The translations under genes were made by a program, and so were the position numbers. From Octopus sinensis (Eukaryota), in the NCBI RefSeq assembly GCF_006345805.1, contig NW_021836144.1:113822-177821 (forward strand): DNA of 64,000 nt, given 5' to 3'. Positions 28,158 through 42,091 of this stretch are shown here, piece after piece. Each line of letters opens with the position of its first letter. The stretch's first letter is position 1. The notes under the pieces are model-generated. The model ran no database searches. It saw only the letters and a program-made list of their open reading frames with translations, and was not told where the DNA came from.

Positions 28158-28699
28158 CTGAAAATGTTCATGGTCACAGTCTTTTAGCCTCTGGTATAAT
28201 CTTAAGGTATCATGTTAAGCTATGCCAATGTATTTAAGAAACAAGTTTCATGTCATTCTTCCTCTACCCATTAAGGGTCATTTCTCTTTGACATAACTTT
28301 TTTCTATGCTACTTACATTTCTGTTATGGTTCTTGAGTTCTACAGTTAACATTTGTATAACATTGGTTGTTCAGTACCATCCCTACTGCCACTGCTCTCT
28401 TCTTCATCAGCATTACTGGCATTGTTTTAATATCCACTTCTCCCCCATTGCAAACATCAAACAGAATTAATTGAGGCAACTCCCACCTGTTTCCAAGCAA
28501 AGTAATATTTCCTCATGGTTAGACATATTTTGCTAGTCCTTTGCCTTGTCAGAGAGATTGGAATTAAAGTTCAATATGCTCCAGGAATAGTATGACAGTC
28601 AGCTTCAAAAATTGTAGGAGTCATAGTTTCTTTTCACACTTCAAAGTGAATTTTATACATATAAATACATATATATGTATAAATTCTCTAAATATCCTG

Positions 28700-29810
28700 T
28701 ACTGAGGAAGGAGTGGGAGATTAGTGAAACCTTGGAGTGACACCATGTTGTGTGTGGTGTGCAAGAAGTAAGATGGAGGGGAGCCGCAGCTAGATTCCTC
28801 AAAGGTAAGAGACAGAGATTCAAATTCTTCTGGGTTGGCAGGAAGGATGGACTGAGTGGAGTAGGTATACTGTTAGCAGAAAAGTAAGTAGATAAGATAA
28901 TTGAGGTAGTCAGAGTACGTGATAGGGTAATGAAGATGTGATTTATCATATATAGATTAACAGTTACATTTGTCTCTACCTATGCTCCTCAGTCTGGGCT
29001 GACTGATGAGCAGAAGGACCAATTCTATGAGATCCTTCTGCAGACAACTTCAACAACAAATGACAGAGACTTTGTTACTGTGGCTGGTGACTTCAATGGA
29101 CATGTTGGAAAGCAATCCCATGGATTCCAGGGAGTGCATGGAAGTTATGGTTTGGGGCCTAGAAATGAGGAGGGAACAAGACTGCTGGAGTTCTGTGGTG
29201 CAAATGATCTCATGATCTGCAGCATTAATTAAAAAAAAACAGCCAGCCACCTAATCTGGCGAGCACATAAGTCAGATTGAGTACTTCCTCACCAGGCAAC
29301 GAGATAGATGGATGTTTAAAAATGCAAAGTCTTTCCCAGATAAAAAGTGTACAACCTAACATAGGCTACTAGTTAGTGGCTTCAGAATTAGAGCTAGAAA
29401 GACTTAGAGAAATCAATCAATTTGGAAAAGAAGTCTATGGAAGCTCAAAGACCCAGCAAACAGATAAAAATTTAGAGATTTACTAATGGAAGCTTCTGAC
29501 AAAGGAGAGGAAGAGTTGGGAACATATAGCTTAGAAGACAATTGGGAATTTCTGTGCGACAATCTACTGAGGGCTACGGACAAAATCTGTGGTTGGTGCA
29601 GAGTCCCAGCTAGACTAAGAGTAACATAGTAGTGGAGCAAGGAGGTTGACAGTGCTATAAAGCAAAAAGACAGGCCAGGAAAAACTTGAAAAATCGTTGG
29701 AAGCAGAGAATATTATCAGGTAGCCGAAAGGGCAGCTAGGCGTCAGGTATACATACCAAAAGGAGTAGCTGAAGGTAAGAGATTTGTAAATGTTCAGCAG
29801 CGTAAGGATC
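28700..29810 (+). mobile_element. RTE LINE 5' portion: AP-endonuclease pseudogene
   Basis: VQEVRWRG...GVGILLAEK, STYAPQSG, VAGDFNGHVG, RNEEGTRLLEFCGANDL and HRLLV are APE motifs of the RTE clade. Stops and frameshifts are present. Confidence 0.9.
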
Positions 29811-30609
29811 AGAGTCACGGATCACAGTTGGATGCCCTTCCTAACACAGTCCCCATGCTCTCTCAATCTTGCTTTTGATCTTTAGCTCTCTCTCTCTCTC
29901 TCTTTATCTGTCTCTCTCTCTCCCTTACACATAGGCATTCAGACTTATGGTCAGTTACAATTGCACTGATTTGTGTTTCTATATAAAGATGTATGTGTAT
30001 ATTAGTGGCAACTCTAGTTTAATGATTCACTCACACAACTATATTAAAATTTTATTTGTCTTTACATTAATTCTAATTTTACATTAATTCTAATAATGAT
30101 ATAATATTGGAAAAACATTACACAAACAAATTTTCAAAAATCAGTTCATTAATAATGTATCGCTACCTAGGAAATTTAAATAATGAATACTTGAGAATCA
30201 AAACCAGTAAACTAGACCTAGATTCATATATAAAAATTATAACATATTCTAATTAATTATGCCATAAGATCATTGCAGCAGAAATACAAAGTATACAGAT
30301 ATAAAATTCAATCTTTAACAACCTTACTTTCCTTTGCAGAATAACCAATGAGCAAAACATTGACAACTTTGAATTGAGTTACTAAAATTATATCGGGGAA
30401 CAGAAAAATGAATTCTTAATTTATCTTATTACTAGCAAGAAATGCAAGTCATAATCAACTGGGTGAGTCTGCCTAGTCTTAGTTAATCACATATACTGCA
30501 GTAAAATCTAATATTGCAACATATTGGGTAAGACCCAGAGAATTCAATGGGCTTTTAATTTATTGGCCCTCACCAAAATAAAAACTGGAAAAAAAAGCAC
30601 AAAAGAAAA

Positions 30610-30710
30610 GATGAAAGGCTGAGTCAACTTCAGTGGGATTTGAAATTATAAGTAACTAAACACTGTATAAGATTTTGCTTGTCACTATTCCAGTTCTGCC
30701 AATCCAGCAC
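30610..30710 (-). mobile_element. Degraded head of the 6917-family SINE
   Basis: aagatgaaaggctgagtcaacttcagtgggatttgaa...ttctgccaatcc matches the 6917 family. Confidence 0.5.
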
Positions 30711-30774
30711 ACTAAACTTACACTCAATAACGTCAAAGTAAAAAGCACATATCATGATAGTTTTGCTTGTTTAA

Positions 30775-30989
30775 TAGTTTTGTTACAAACCTGGCTGAAT
30801 CTGGCTCTGTAGTACAAATGTCTTGTTTTCATAAGTTTTGAATTAAAATCTCCCACCAAATCTTAGTTGTAATTTATGTTTCTAACACTAAGTTAATAAT
30901 AACAAAGTTATTTTACTAAATTCTTTGTTATATTTAAAATAATTGAAAGAGATACAGAACATCTCAAAATAAATACGGTAACGAAAGGG
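30775..30989. mobile_element. TTAA-flanked MITE (piggyBac-type non-autonomous element)
   Basis: TTAA at 30771-30774 and 30990-30993. The right end is ggtaacgaaaggg|ttaa; the left end is a degraded inverse (ttaa|tagttttgttacaa). No ORF. Confidence 0.6.
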
Positions 30990-30996
30990 TTAAGCA

Positions 30997-31660
30997 CATC
31001 ATCATCATTTAATGACCATGTGTCATAGTGGCATAAGTTGGATGGTTTGAGAAGATCCAGTGGGTTCAAAGACTGCATTGGTGCTCCAAATTCTGCTTTG
31101 CCATGGTTTCTGCAAGTAGGTGTCATTCCTAACACAAAACCATTTTCACTGTGTGGTTTACTTTTTGGGGAACTAGTACTAATGGAGTCACCATGCAGTT
31201 TGCAAGACTAAGATTATTTTCAAATGAGGGGATCACCAGCAGAGGAGGCAGCTTTGTGCTGTGTGATGAGAGATTGAAATAAAAGAGAGAGGCCTCAAGT
31301 AGAATGAAATGTTTCTGCAGAGGGGCAACATAGATACTCACATTATAGAAGTGAAAGTGGAAGTAAACATGGTGTACCTGAATCGAGATGAGAATAGCAG
31401 TGATGGCTGGATGGATCTTCAAAGTACAAGATAAGTAGCAGAGAAGACAGAAGAACAGAGAGTATGGATAGGCAGGGGTTATGAGAGTAAAACTTAGTTA
31501 GTAATGAGGAATGGGTCCAAGGGTGAGTATAATGAATAAAACAAGTGTTGAGAGATAAGTAAACATAGCAGGGAAGATATGGAAGAGTAGGTGACAATGG
31601 TGGTTCAAGGGTGGATCCAGTGAATGGTGTATAAAAGGTGGGGGGTTATCAATGTCCAGT
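30997..31660 (-). repeat. Dispersed composite repeat with RTE-type (GAT)n tail
   Basis: Starts catcatcatcatttaatgacc. Its purine-rich body is loosely related to 38927-39350 and 63440-64000. Confidence 0.45.
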
Positions 31661-31854
31661 CTTTGAATACATTTGTACTTCTCCATTCATGCACATTTAC
31701 GTTATACGGCCAAAAGATCATGCTTGCATCATTTCTTTCCAACTCCTCTACATTCAAGACTCATCTCTAATTATTATGCAGCATTACAGTTCTAACACAA
31801 GTTTCATACAATCTTCCCCTCACTGTAAGGGGAAAGATCTTTGTTGTTAGTAGC

Positions 31855-32190
31855 AGTGGAAGTTCCTAGAACTTTTTCCAGTTCATTCTTAGACTCACTA
31901 TTATACTTTCAGAGCAACCATTTTCCCAACTAATTGAGTATTGCAGGTAAAAATAAGAGATGTTGACTACTTCTAGTGAACCATCCAGGCATTTAAGACA
32001 ATCTATTTCCAGTATACTCATTGTATGTACTTCTCTGGTGCATCCATCACATATGACACTTACTTTCTCTGTTTGTCTGTCTTTGATTCCATTACACCCT
32101 GTGTGTGTCTTAGATACAACATACAAGTTTATACCTTCTCCTTTTCTGCATATCAAGCAAGGCCATTTCTCTGAAGATAACAGGTTCCTG
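31855..32190 (-). mobile_element. RTE LINE fragment, region after the RT
   Basis: ICRKGEGIN...CLDGSLEVVNISY...GCSESIIVSLRMNWKKF is homologous to the RTE at 35900-36200. Confidence 0.75.
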
Positions 32191-34903
32191 CCTCCTTACT
32201 AAAAACTTTAGTCTTTGCTAAGTTTATCTTGAATCCTCTTGATTCTAGGTTTGTGTCGATATATGCATACCTTACTTTCCATTAAGCAAAATGTCAATAG
32301 TAACTCAGACTTTGTTTTTAGTAAGCAAGGTATGTTAGATAAAAATATTTAATACTTATCTATAAACCACTTGATTAACATATTCTTCTCAATGTTTGGT
32401 GTGTATATAGTACCTGAACAACTACACTCTGGTATGAAATCATGAATTCATAAAAGAATGTAGAACTAAATCAAATCACAAATTAGATGTACTAATCTTT
32501 ACAGTGTATCGTTAACTGAATACTAATCTTTAAACAGCTGGTACATGTGAATACAAATAAAGCCATTGTTATTTTGGTATTTATTGATTACATAACATCA
32601 AGGCTTGTTGTTGTCTCTTTCAGAAATCTTATAGGAAAACAAAATGCATAGCTGAATGACATAGAAATACAATACATATAAGAACACATATGTTTGTTTG
32701 TATATGTAAAATATTATATAACAAATGCATTTCCATTTATGAAACTCGAAACTCAAAACTAAGTGCAAAAAGCAAAGCTATGTATATGTTATATCTTTTG
32801 GAGAAAATGTTCTTCCTAAAATCAACAATATAACTTATAAATTTGCAGTAATTTTCATCTATGCAAACAAATATGCAGTTTGACTACATCAAACAAATAC
32901 GCAATTTGACTATATAAACATACGACAATGTAAACATTATAATACTACAATTAATATCTAAACTCTTAATTCTTTAGAGGGTCATCAGCTCAATCCCTTA
33001 AGCACATAAGGATTTCATCTTTATATTTCTTTTCATCCAACTGCTTTACATATTTTGTGATAATATCTTTAATAAGAATTGATTAACAAAAAATAAATGC
33101 AGCCAATAAATACATTAATACAAATTCAATTTAGATGTCTTGGGATATTATAAGACCAAGAGATAAATGTGTCAAAGGAATATTAGCTTGTTATCTATAC
33201 CAGATCAATAAAATATGTTCTGATGCTACATAAGGTGAAGGAGATAAATATCTTTAAAGATCCTCAAAGTTCAAGTAGATTTCATAAGAGAGTATCATCA
33301 TAATTACTATCATCATCATCATCATCTGCAGATCATAGACTATCTCACTATAAAATATTCATTTTATTTCAAGAAACCACTGATAGTCATAATGGATACA
33401 TTCAGAAAAATGGAAGTAAACTCAAGACTAATGCAATTATTTATATAGAAGTCACTAAGCTGTGCCATTAGGTTAATCGTTTTGGATCACATTAACTTTA
33501 TAAACACCACTGATAATAGTCTATGTGAAAATAGTAAGACCACAACAGATAAATGATAACAAAGAAACAAAGATGTAGGTTAGAAGACATTAGTGGAATA
33601 GAAAGAAGAAAAAAAAACAGTAATAGGTGAATTTGCTACAAAGTGGAGAGTTTGTTTGTTCAGTCACTTAGAAAAGGAAAAATATATAAGTGTTTAGTAA
33701 ATAGTATAGTGAATGCAGAATGGAGTATATCAATGGTACATGTCATTCAAGGAAACTTAGATATAACAAGATCAAAAAAAGATTAAGTTAATACAACTCG
33801 AGATTCAAATGCAAAGTAAAATTAATGCAGCAAAGTCAATGTAACATTGTTCTGGTAGGTTTAAAGTGGTTCAACTGAAGCATATCACTGTCTCTTCGAC
33901 TTTGCAAAGATGAAAAACAAAGTGGATGCCAGTATGAAATGAACTTAGAAATCGTAGCATCAGAAAATTATTACGTATAAACTCAAGTTTTCAACACTGT
34001 ATCATATAAATATTAAACCAAAAAAAAAATGTTTCTCATTTGTTTTTAAGAGTAAATAAATGAGAAATGAATTTTGAAATTTGGGCAATAATTTGAAGTG
34101 ATTTCATTCGAAGCATAAAGTTGTTAAACAACCTAAGGAAGAAAACTGTTGTCACATAAATTCACCATTATTATTTCACATGAACATTTGTAAAACACAA
34201 TTACTGAAGATTAAGCTCATTTACTTCAAATATACCTCAATTACTGGTATTGTGATATTTCTTCTTTTTTTATTATTTGTTACTGACTTATAATCATTTC
34301 ATAAAATAAAGGTATGTTATATCCCTGTATACTCACAATACCCCCACCTCCACACAGAATATATACATATATGTGTATAACGACTTTGACTGATGTCTGG
34401 ATATATCATTTGAGATTTTTATCATGAGATGTGATGTGGTGGCTGGTGTTAGACTTCCTGATGTAGCTCTTTATTTCCTATAAGAATTTATTGTTTGTTT
34501 GGGGGATTTATGTTCAATACATGTGTTTGTTTTTCTTTGTTTAGTTTCTTAGTGAGATGCCATATGAGATGCTGACATGCCAAGACTACCCACCTGATTT
34601 CTACTTGTCTTGTGAAATATACTGTTTAGGTTTTCTTATTTCATTTTGTTTATAAACTGCAGTATATATATACAGGGGACCCAGGTGTTATTAAATTTTG
34701 AAAAACTGCAACTGTCTTTTGATGGAAGTGATGGGGTGAGTGGTCATCTTAAAAATTAGACAAGTGATCTTTTCTTTTGTTCAGTGAAGTCCTAGTTTGT
34801 AGTGATAGCTTTGGTAAGTATGGAGAGATATGTAGGGATGTTGATATGGGTTGTTAAGGACATAATTAAAATTGAAATATCTGTTGTGTCATCATACACA
34901 CAC

Positions 34904-34962
<59 letters not shown>

Positions 34963-35065
34963 AACACATCAGAAACCAGAATAAAACAGGATAATTAGTT
35001 TATCTATTTATTGTATTATCATAAATTATATAATCATAATACATGCTTCATTAGCAATGACTAAT

Positions 35066-36377
35066 ATCATCATCATCGTTTAACATATGCTTTTCATGCT
35101 GGATGGTTTGACTGAGTTCTGGCAAGCCAGTGCTCTCCCTAACGCCAACCACTCTGAGAGTGTAGTGGGTTCTTTTTACGTGCCACTGGCATGGGAGCCA
35201 GTCAGGGGGCATTGACATCAACCATGTTCAGTCGATGAATTGTACATGCCACCGGCCCAGGAGCAAATCAGGGGGCACTGGCATTTACCATGCTCAGATG
35301 GTGCGATTTCGATGTTACTTGACTCTACTGGTCTTCTCAAGCATATCATATTGCCCAACGATTCAAGGGTACTTTTAAATGGGCTGGTCATGCAACACTG
35401 GCATTGGCCATGGCTGAAATCTCACTTAACTTGCCAGGTCCTCTCAATAACAGCATATCTCCAATTATCTCAGTTTCTTGTCAGTGCCTCTGTGACGCCC
35501 AACGTTTGAAGGTCATGCTTCACCACCTCATCCCATGTCTTCCTGAATCTACCTCTTCCACAAATTCCTTCACCTGTTAGGGTGTGACACTTCTTCACAT
35601 ATCTGTCCTTATCCATATGTAACACATGACCATACTTTCACAGTCATCTCTCTTGCACACCACATCTGATGCTTCTTATGTCCAACTTTTTTCTCAGGGT
35701 ACTTACACTCTGTTGTGTATGCACACTAACATTATACATCCAGTGGATCATACTAGCTTCATTTCTTTCAGGCCTACGCATGGCCTCAGCAGTCATGGCC
35801 CTGTTTCACTGCCGTGTAGTATGGCAGTTCGCACATATGCATCATAGTCTACCTTTCACCCAGAGCGAGAGGCCCTTAAATGTCAGCATGGGTAGGAGCT
35901 CTCTGAACTTTGCCCAGGAAATTCTTATTCTAGTAGCTATGCTCTCAGAGCATCCACCTCCACTACAGACTTGGTTGTCTAGTTAGTGGAAGCTATCAAC
36001 TACTTCTAGTTTTACCCCCTGTCATGTGATGGAATCTGTTTTCTGTATGTCTTTGGTGTTTATTGTCCCTGTGCATCTACCACACACAAAAACAACTTTC
36101 CCGGTTAACCTATCTTTGATATTGCTGCACCACTTATGTGTCCATAGCTTACACCAGGTACATCTTATGGAGTTTCTAATTACACCTTTTATACAGATTA
36201 AGCATGGTCATCTACCTAAAGGGGTTTGTGATTTGTCTGCCTTGCTACTTATTAGGACTTTGGTTTTTGCTAGGTTGACTCTAAGGTCCTTCAATTCAAG
36301 ACCTTGTTTCCATGCCCTAAACTTAAGTCTCTAGCTCTTGTAGTGACTTGGCTATTAGAGCAAGATCATCAGCATAG
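35066..36377 (-). mobile_element. 5'-truncated RTE LINE from the YADD motif to the (GAT)n tail
   Basis: The minus strand reads YADDLALIA...RVNLAKTKV...LEVVDSF...GGGCSESIATRIRISWAKFRELLP...YGHVLHMD...GRFRKTWDEVVKHDL, then a 3' UTR and (GAT)n. Multiple stops and frameshifts. Confidence 0.92.
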
Positions 36378-36448
36378 ATAACAAATTTTTGATACACATA
36401 TATGTATATAAATATGTATATACACATATACACACAATATAGATTATC

Positions 36449-37060
36449 ACCATCATCCTCATGTTTTAATGTTCACTTTTCTACGCTTGCATGGCTCAGA
36501 TGAAAGTTGTCAAGGTAGATTTTTCAAGGTTGGATGCTCTTCCTTTACCAACTCTCACCTGTTTCCAAGCAATGTAGTCCATCGAAACAACAGACAGTGT
36601 GAACATAGTTATGCAGTAAACTGAAATGAAAAACACTCTTTGAATGAGCTCACACAATACACCAAGACATGTCAAGAAGCTTGGACATGCTCTTTGCTTT
36701 TGATTGTAAGGAAAAGACACCACCAATATTGTTGTTTACAATCAGCAAACACACGTGAAGATGAGAGGAAATACAGATCCATCCACATAAACACAAATAT
36801 ACACGGTGAAATTTGTCAAGGTAGATTTTCTAAAGTCAGATGTTCTTCCTTTACCATCTGTCACTTGTTTCTATGCATATGCACATCACCATCATCATTT
36901 AAATGTTAATCTTTTCCCATATGCATGGGTTACATGAAATTTTTTAATGCAGATTTCCCATTGCCTACACTCACCTGTTTCCATACAAGGTAATATTTCT
37001 TCATGTACTGACATGTATATATGGAAGAGTAGAAATGAATGACACTGCTTATACAACATT
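36449..37060 (-). repeat. Cluster of short degraded (GAT)n-tailed retroposon ends
   Basis: Repeated catcatc..tttaatgt..tttc..tgcatgg and caaggtagatttt...ctcacctgtttcc segments at about 36449, 36815 and 36888. Confidence 0.55.
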
Positions 37061-37349
37061 GAAGCTCCTTTACAATCACCACACAACATCAAAAGGGAGA
37101 GTCACAAACTGACACTTACAACCTCCACACATAACCATACATATACAAGGCGTTTTTCAGTTCCTGTCTATCAAATTTACTCACAAGGCTTTCATTCAGG
37201 CCAAGGCTAGTGTAGCAGACACATGTCCAAGGAACGATGCAGTGAGATTGAACCAATTACCAAGTTTGCACAGACATGCCTTTAGATATACAGCAAACTT
37301 TTACAGTCTCTCTTTACTAATTTCATTCAAAGTGTATTGGCTGACTTAC

Positions 37350-37413
37350 AGCACTAGTACAGAATGCCAGCTGACAACATTTATGCAATGGGACGGCACC
37401 CCTTATCATGTTT
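37350..37413 (-). CDS. Best candidate coding exon, 64 nt (NMIRGAVPLHKCCQLAFCTSA)
   Basis: Consensus acceptor aagtttgttttcag and donor GCT|gtaagt. The phase 2-0 frame is open and GC content is raised relative to the flanks. Confidence 0.45.
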
Positions 37414-37708
37414 CTGAAAACAAACTTCTTTACCATACAAAGTATTGAGGCTGGGTGGACAAATGAATGGACAGATAGATAGACAAATGAATGGACTGAC
37501 AAATAAACACTCAGATAAAAGTTAGGTAGATAGACAGTGCAATAGAAGGATAAAAATTTTAGTGTATGTAGATATTATAAAATTTATCAAGTAAAATTAC
37601 TGAGTTTATTATACAAACTATGATAGAAGCAGCATTATAGTCTGGTTTACATGCAAAGTGTGACCCTGGGCACATTTCCCTTGTCATTATCAATAATGTG
37701 TGTATACG

Positions 37709-37750
<42 letters not shown>

Positions 37751-38926
37751 TGAGAGTAGAGCTTGTGATCACCAACTCACACATATTTCTTACACAACTA
37801 TGCATTTATATTCTCCACATGAGTTAAAAAATCTTTCTTCTGCTCTCCTTCTCTCTTTGTAGTTACACTTCTTTCTCTCACAGTGTTTGGTCGTCTTTCT
37901 CTCTACTTCATTGTCTTTCTGACCTTCCTTCTTTTCCTCCTCTTCCAAGCCTTGCAATATTTCCCCTGTCTACCTATCTATTTATCTCACTCTGTCTTTC
38001 TCTCAATTTCTCTAATTCTCTACTTCACCCACTTCCTTTCTCAAAATGCAATTCTTTCTCATTTCCCATTTCTTGTCTGTTTTCATCTTTTTGAACTGGG
38101 TTTTCTTCTAGAGCACATTATTTTCTGTATCACTATCCACTATCTCACTTCCTCTTCTGTTCAATGGCTATTGTTTGAACAACTATGCAATTTCTTACTT
38201 TTTGGATGGATGGATGGATGGATGGATAGATGGATGAATAAACAGACAAACGAATAAAAAAAAAAACTCATAGAGACGCTAAGTGGGAGAAGATGTAAAA
38301 GTCAGAGTGAAATAGCATCAATATTTTACTGGAAGAAGAATAAAGTATAATAATAGGTCTGCTCTGTACACTACAAGAAGACAGCGCATGAGAAATTTTC
38401 CAACATTACAGTGAATATTGAAACCTAAAATCAATACCAAAATCCTAATTACAGATGTGTCAAGGGAAATATTAAAAAAAAAAAATACAAAATTCAACAG
38501 CAAAAATAAAGACAACTTTACAATTTAAATAGGTAAATATAGAGTATTATGCAGTTAAACTACTTATTTTTATTTTTATTTCATCATTGCAACGTAAGTG
38601 TGTGAGGTAGTTTATTTGGGAAACTTACTGAACTATAAATTGGTTTGCTAAAGTATCTTTAATACATATGGATAGACGAGAAGATATAGTTGGTGAGACA
38701 ATACAGGTGAACTGAAAGATAAATCTAAAAGAGATGAAGAAGAATATAACAGATAAAGATACAAGCTGTGCACATGCTCGTGCATGTGCACACATACATA
38801 TTCAAATGCTACTGTAAGTCAACAAATGGCAAATACTCAATACATGTTACAGAGTATATTGTTTTATTAGCCTGAAGCCCTTTGCAGGCAGTTCAAGTTT
38901 CACACAACTAGAATCTTTAGGTAGGA

Positions 38927-39350
38927 ATCATCATCATCATTATCATCATCATCATCATTTAATGTCTGTTTGCCATACTGGCATGTGTTTGATAGTTTGG
39001 GAGGAGCTGGTAAATCGCAGGACTGTGCCAAGTTTTACTGTTAGCTTCAGCATGGTTTCTGTGGCTGAATGCCCTTCCTAGTGTCAACCATTTTACAGAG
39101 TGTACTAATTGCTTTTTATGTAGCACCTGCGACTGTGAGGTCAACGAGTGATTTGCAAGACAACACCCCTCAACTGAGGTGGCTTTGTGCTAGGTGATGA
39201 GGGTCTAGAAAATGAATAGAGGAACAAAAATGGGTGTCTTGCAGTAAAAGAGATACATGGCTACTGAAAATGGAGAGAGAGAAGATGGTGATGGGGAAGG
39301 TACACTCAAGTTACAAAAAGGTGTGTATTAGTGGAACCAAGGATTAGTTA
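38927..39350 (-). repeat. (GAT)n-tailed RTE-related dispersed repeat
   Basis: A long (CAT)n is followed by ttaatgtctgtttgccatactggcatg...gaatgcccttcctagtgtcaacc, as in the RTE tail. Confidence 0.65.
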
Positions 39351-40873
39351 GGGTGAGCAGGTGGGTAAGCTCACAAGATTGTGAAGAAAAATGGGAGTTG
39401 GGAGGGAAGGGAAGAATGTAGTGAGTGGATATAAATAGAAGGTGGTTGTGTTAGGAGGGTATGTTGTGAAGAAGAGACAAAGCAAGGACACGTGTGCAGG
39501 TAGGTTTGTGAAGGTATGAAAAGAAACAGAGAGATAGAGGGAAGAGGAATATAGTAAATGATGAACCTGAGTGGCAGAATAAGGGAAGATGGTTTGTGGG
39601 AGAAAGGTTTTTCAAGGCTAGGTTCTGTGCCTGGACATAAATGACATGTCTTTATGGCTTCAATTTTCTTAGCTGAATGGGTCTTCTCAAGCACAGCAAA
39701 TTACCAAACATAGCAGTCCTTTATCAACTCATCAAACATTGAATGTGATTTTAAATACGTTGATTGTAATTTTTATTGGCTGCATTTCTTTTTTATGTAG
39801 TTTTAATACATCATTGTTTATAGTTGTTATTTCATTTGCCAATTCACAGGTAATTGTTGTCACTGGTCAGCTTCACACTTGTATATTAATTGCAATGTAT
39901 CTGTCAAAGCATATTGAGGATTTAAGGAAAAATAATATAAAAATATAAAGTGAGCAATAATTAACAGCCAACCTTACACAGATGTTTCTGAATCAGGCTC
40001 CCTGTAGACAACAGAGGAATATTATATAATTATCAATAAAAGTTATGCCTACTCAAAGAAACAATGAGGTAATTTCAAATTGCTGACACCAGAATAAATA
40101 CACTTTAAGAAATGATTTTAAATGCAAACAAGGGTAAATACCAGAGGATGCAAAACTGAAGAAATAGTTGTGGAGACACAACACTGCCAACACCATTGAA
40201 ATAACAAAATAATCCAAAAGAAAGAATGATATTTAGAGACAGCAAATTTATAACAAACATATTTTAAAATATCCTTAACAACTTCAAACCTAATTAACAG
40301 TTTCAGAAAGAGAATAAGACCTTTACCAAAGCAGTATATTAATGATATAATCAGTAGGAAGATGCAAAAAAGAACTACTGAACCAACTAATGGATAAGTA
40401 ATAAATAAATTAAAAAGGTTTAGGAAAATATGATACAATTATGTAATATAAAGGCAGAGAAAGAAAGAAAACTGAATGAGCCAATGGTAAGCAATATAAT
40501 AACAACTTCAGAACAACTGGGTATGAAAAACAATATAGAGATAAACAAGGGTGAAACTGATCAACGACAAATACAACACTCAGTGAACCTGAATAACACC
40601 CTTCAAGAACCCCATAACAAAGCAAAATTAGAAAAAAGTATATTAATATGATAGCCTCAGGCAAAAGAATGAACTACAGGTAGAGAATTATGAAAAGATC
40701 CAGAATATATACAAAAGGATTAAGGATACGTCAGCTTTGTACAGTGGAGAAGCAGATATATTGGATAAGTTGAAGGACTTTGGCAACTGTTTTTTTTTTC
40801 ATTACTTTCCCCCAGGTTGACATATATGAGCCAATCAACTGGAAAATCCTGCTTACACCAGCATAATACTTAC

Positions 40874-40914
40874 TTAAGACAACCCTTACCCAAGTGTATA
40901 CTGAGCATTCTCCG
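40874..40914 (-). CDS. Candidate short exon (41 nt RRMLSIHLGKGCLK, or 25 nt with an alternative donor at 40889)
   Basis: Acceptor gtatttattgctag and two strong donors (TGG|gtaagg, TAA|gtaagt). Either can end in phase 2, matching the exon at 37350-37413. Confidence 0.3.
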
Positions 40915-41659
40915 CTAGCAATAAATACACACATAACACACGTTGAAGATACACTCAGAATGATTTTAACACTTCCAAACCAGTCATCACAAAAATGAAG
41001 AATAACAAAAAAAAAAAAATAGAAAAAAGGAAAGAAACAACAAATTCTCTACTTGACAGACATAAGTACAAAAGCAATATAAACATGGTATTTCCTAGAA
41101 ATTTACATGAAAAATTTAATAATCATAGCTCAACTGAGAAATAGGCAAATTATGCCACTTTCAATTCCCTGCTGCCAGTATCTCTTCCTATTTGTCATCC
41201 TTCCATGTTTTTTTACAAGTATATATATTTGTTGACCCATCAAAATAGGAAGAGGTAAGTCTACATTTCAGATGAAGGTCGGATAGGTACACAGCCATGT
41301 GTGTCCATATGTGTACATATAATACACACAAACATTGGATCAGTTAAATTTCAAATTTCAAAATAAGGAGCACTCAATATTATGAGTATTATTTTTTTTA
41401 CAATTATAGAACACGTGTCAATCCATGTTAACATTTGTTTCAAAACTATTTGTATGCTAAAATATATATCTAAAGACAATGATTCACTCTCACCATCAAG
41501 GTGTTTTGTCAATGTTTGTGTGAAAACACACACCTATGTGAAGAGAGACACCCAAGTTAGAACATTCTTGAAATTGATAATAACATTAATTTACAAGAGT
41601 TCCATAATTATTACAGATATACATACAAATATATATACATACACTCATTATATATATAT

Positions 41660-42000
41660 ACACTCATTATCGCTATGTGCTCCGTGTGGGCAGTCATCTA
41701 AGAGCTTTTGTTCATCTTGATGCTGACATAAGTTCCTTGTTTTTCCTGATGAGAAGGCGGCATAATGCACCCCTTATTCCTTAGAAATTAGGAATATGCA
41801 GCCTTCGAAACATATGTCGAGAATAAAGGAATTTTGTTAAATCGTCGTTCAACTCCATTCTTTCATTTATTTGTATTAAAAAAACACACAAATTTCCACA
41901 CGAAAGCACGTGATCTCTGCCCTTGGCATGTAGCTTCAACTGTGTTTTTCTGACGTGAATTTGCTACCCAGGTATCGGTTAACCGAATTATCCATACTAA
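41660..42000. promoter_or_regulatory. CpG-enriched non-repeat island, promoter-like
   Basis: About a dozen CpGs in 340 bp against a strongly CpG-depleted background. Contains CACGTG (41907-41912), TGACGT (41951-41956) and the palindrome tcggttaaccga (41975-41986). Confidence 0.45.
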
Positions 42001-42016
42001 GATAATTCATTCAACT

Positions 42017-42091
<75 letters not shown>
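42017..42091. repeat. Compound (CA)n(TA)n(GA)n microsatellite
   Basis: Three perfect dinucleotide runs directly abutting each other. Confidence 0.95.

Noticed and set aside
492-30094. Short tandem duplications (16 bp at 492-523, 17 bp at 2605-2641, 17 bp at 30061-30094)
   Set aside because: Ordinary two-copy slippage or repair duplications with no enclosed element.
32322-32329. 8-nt micro-exon-like site (tttgtttttag|TAAGCAAG|gtatgt)
   Set aside because: It is isolated, with no partner exons; recorded as evidence that such signals occur by chance here.
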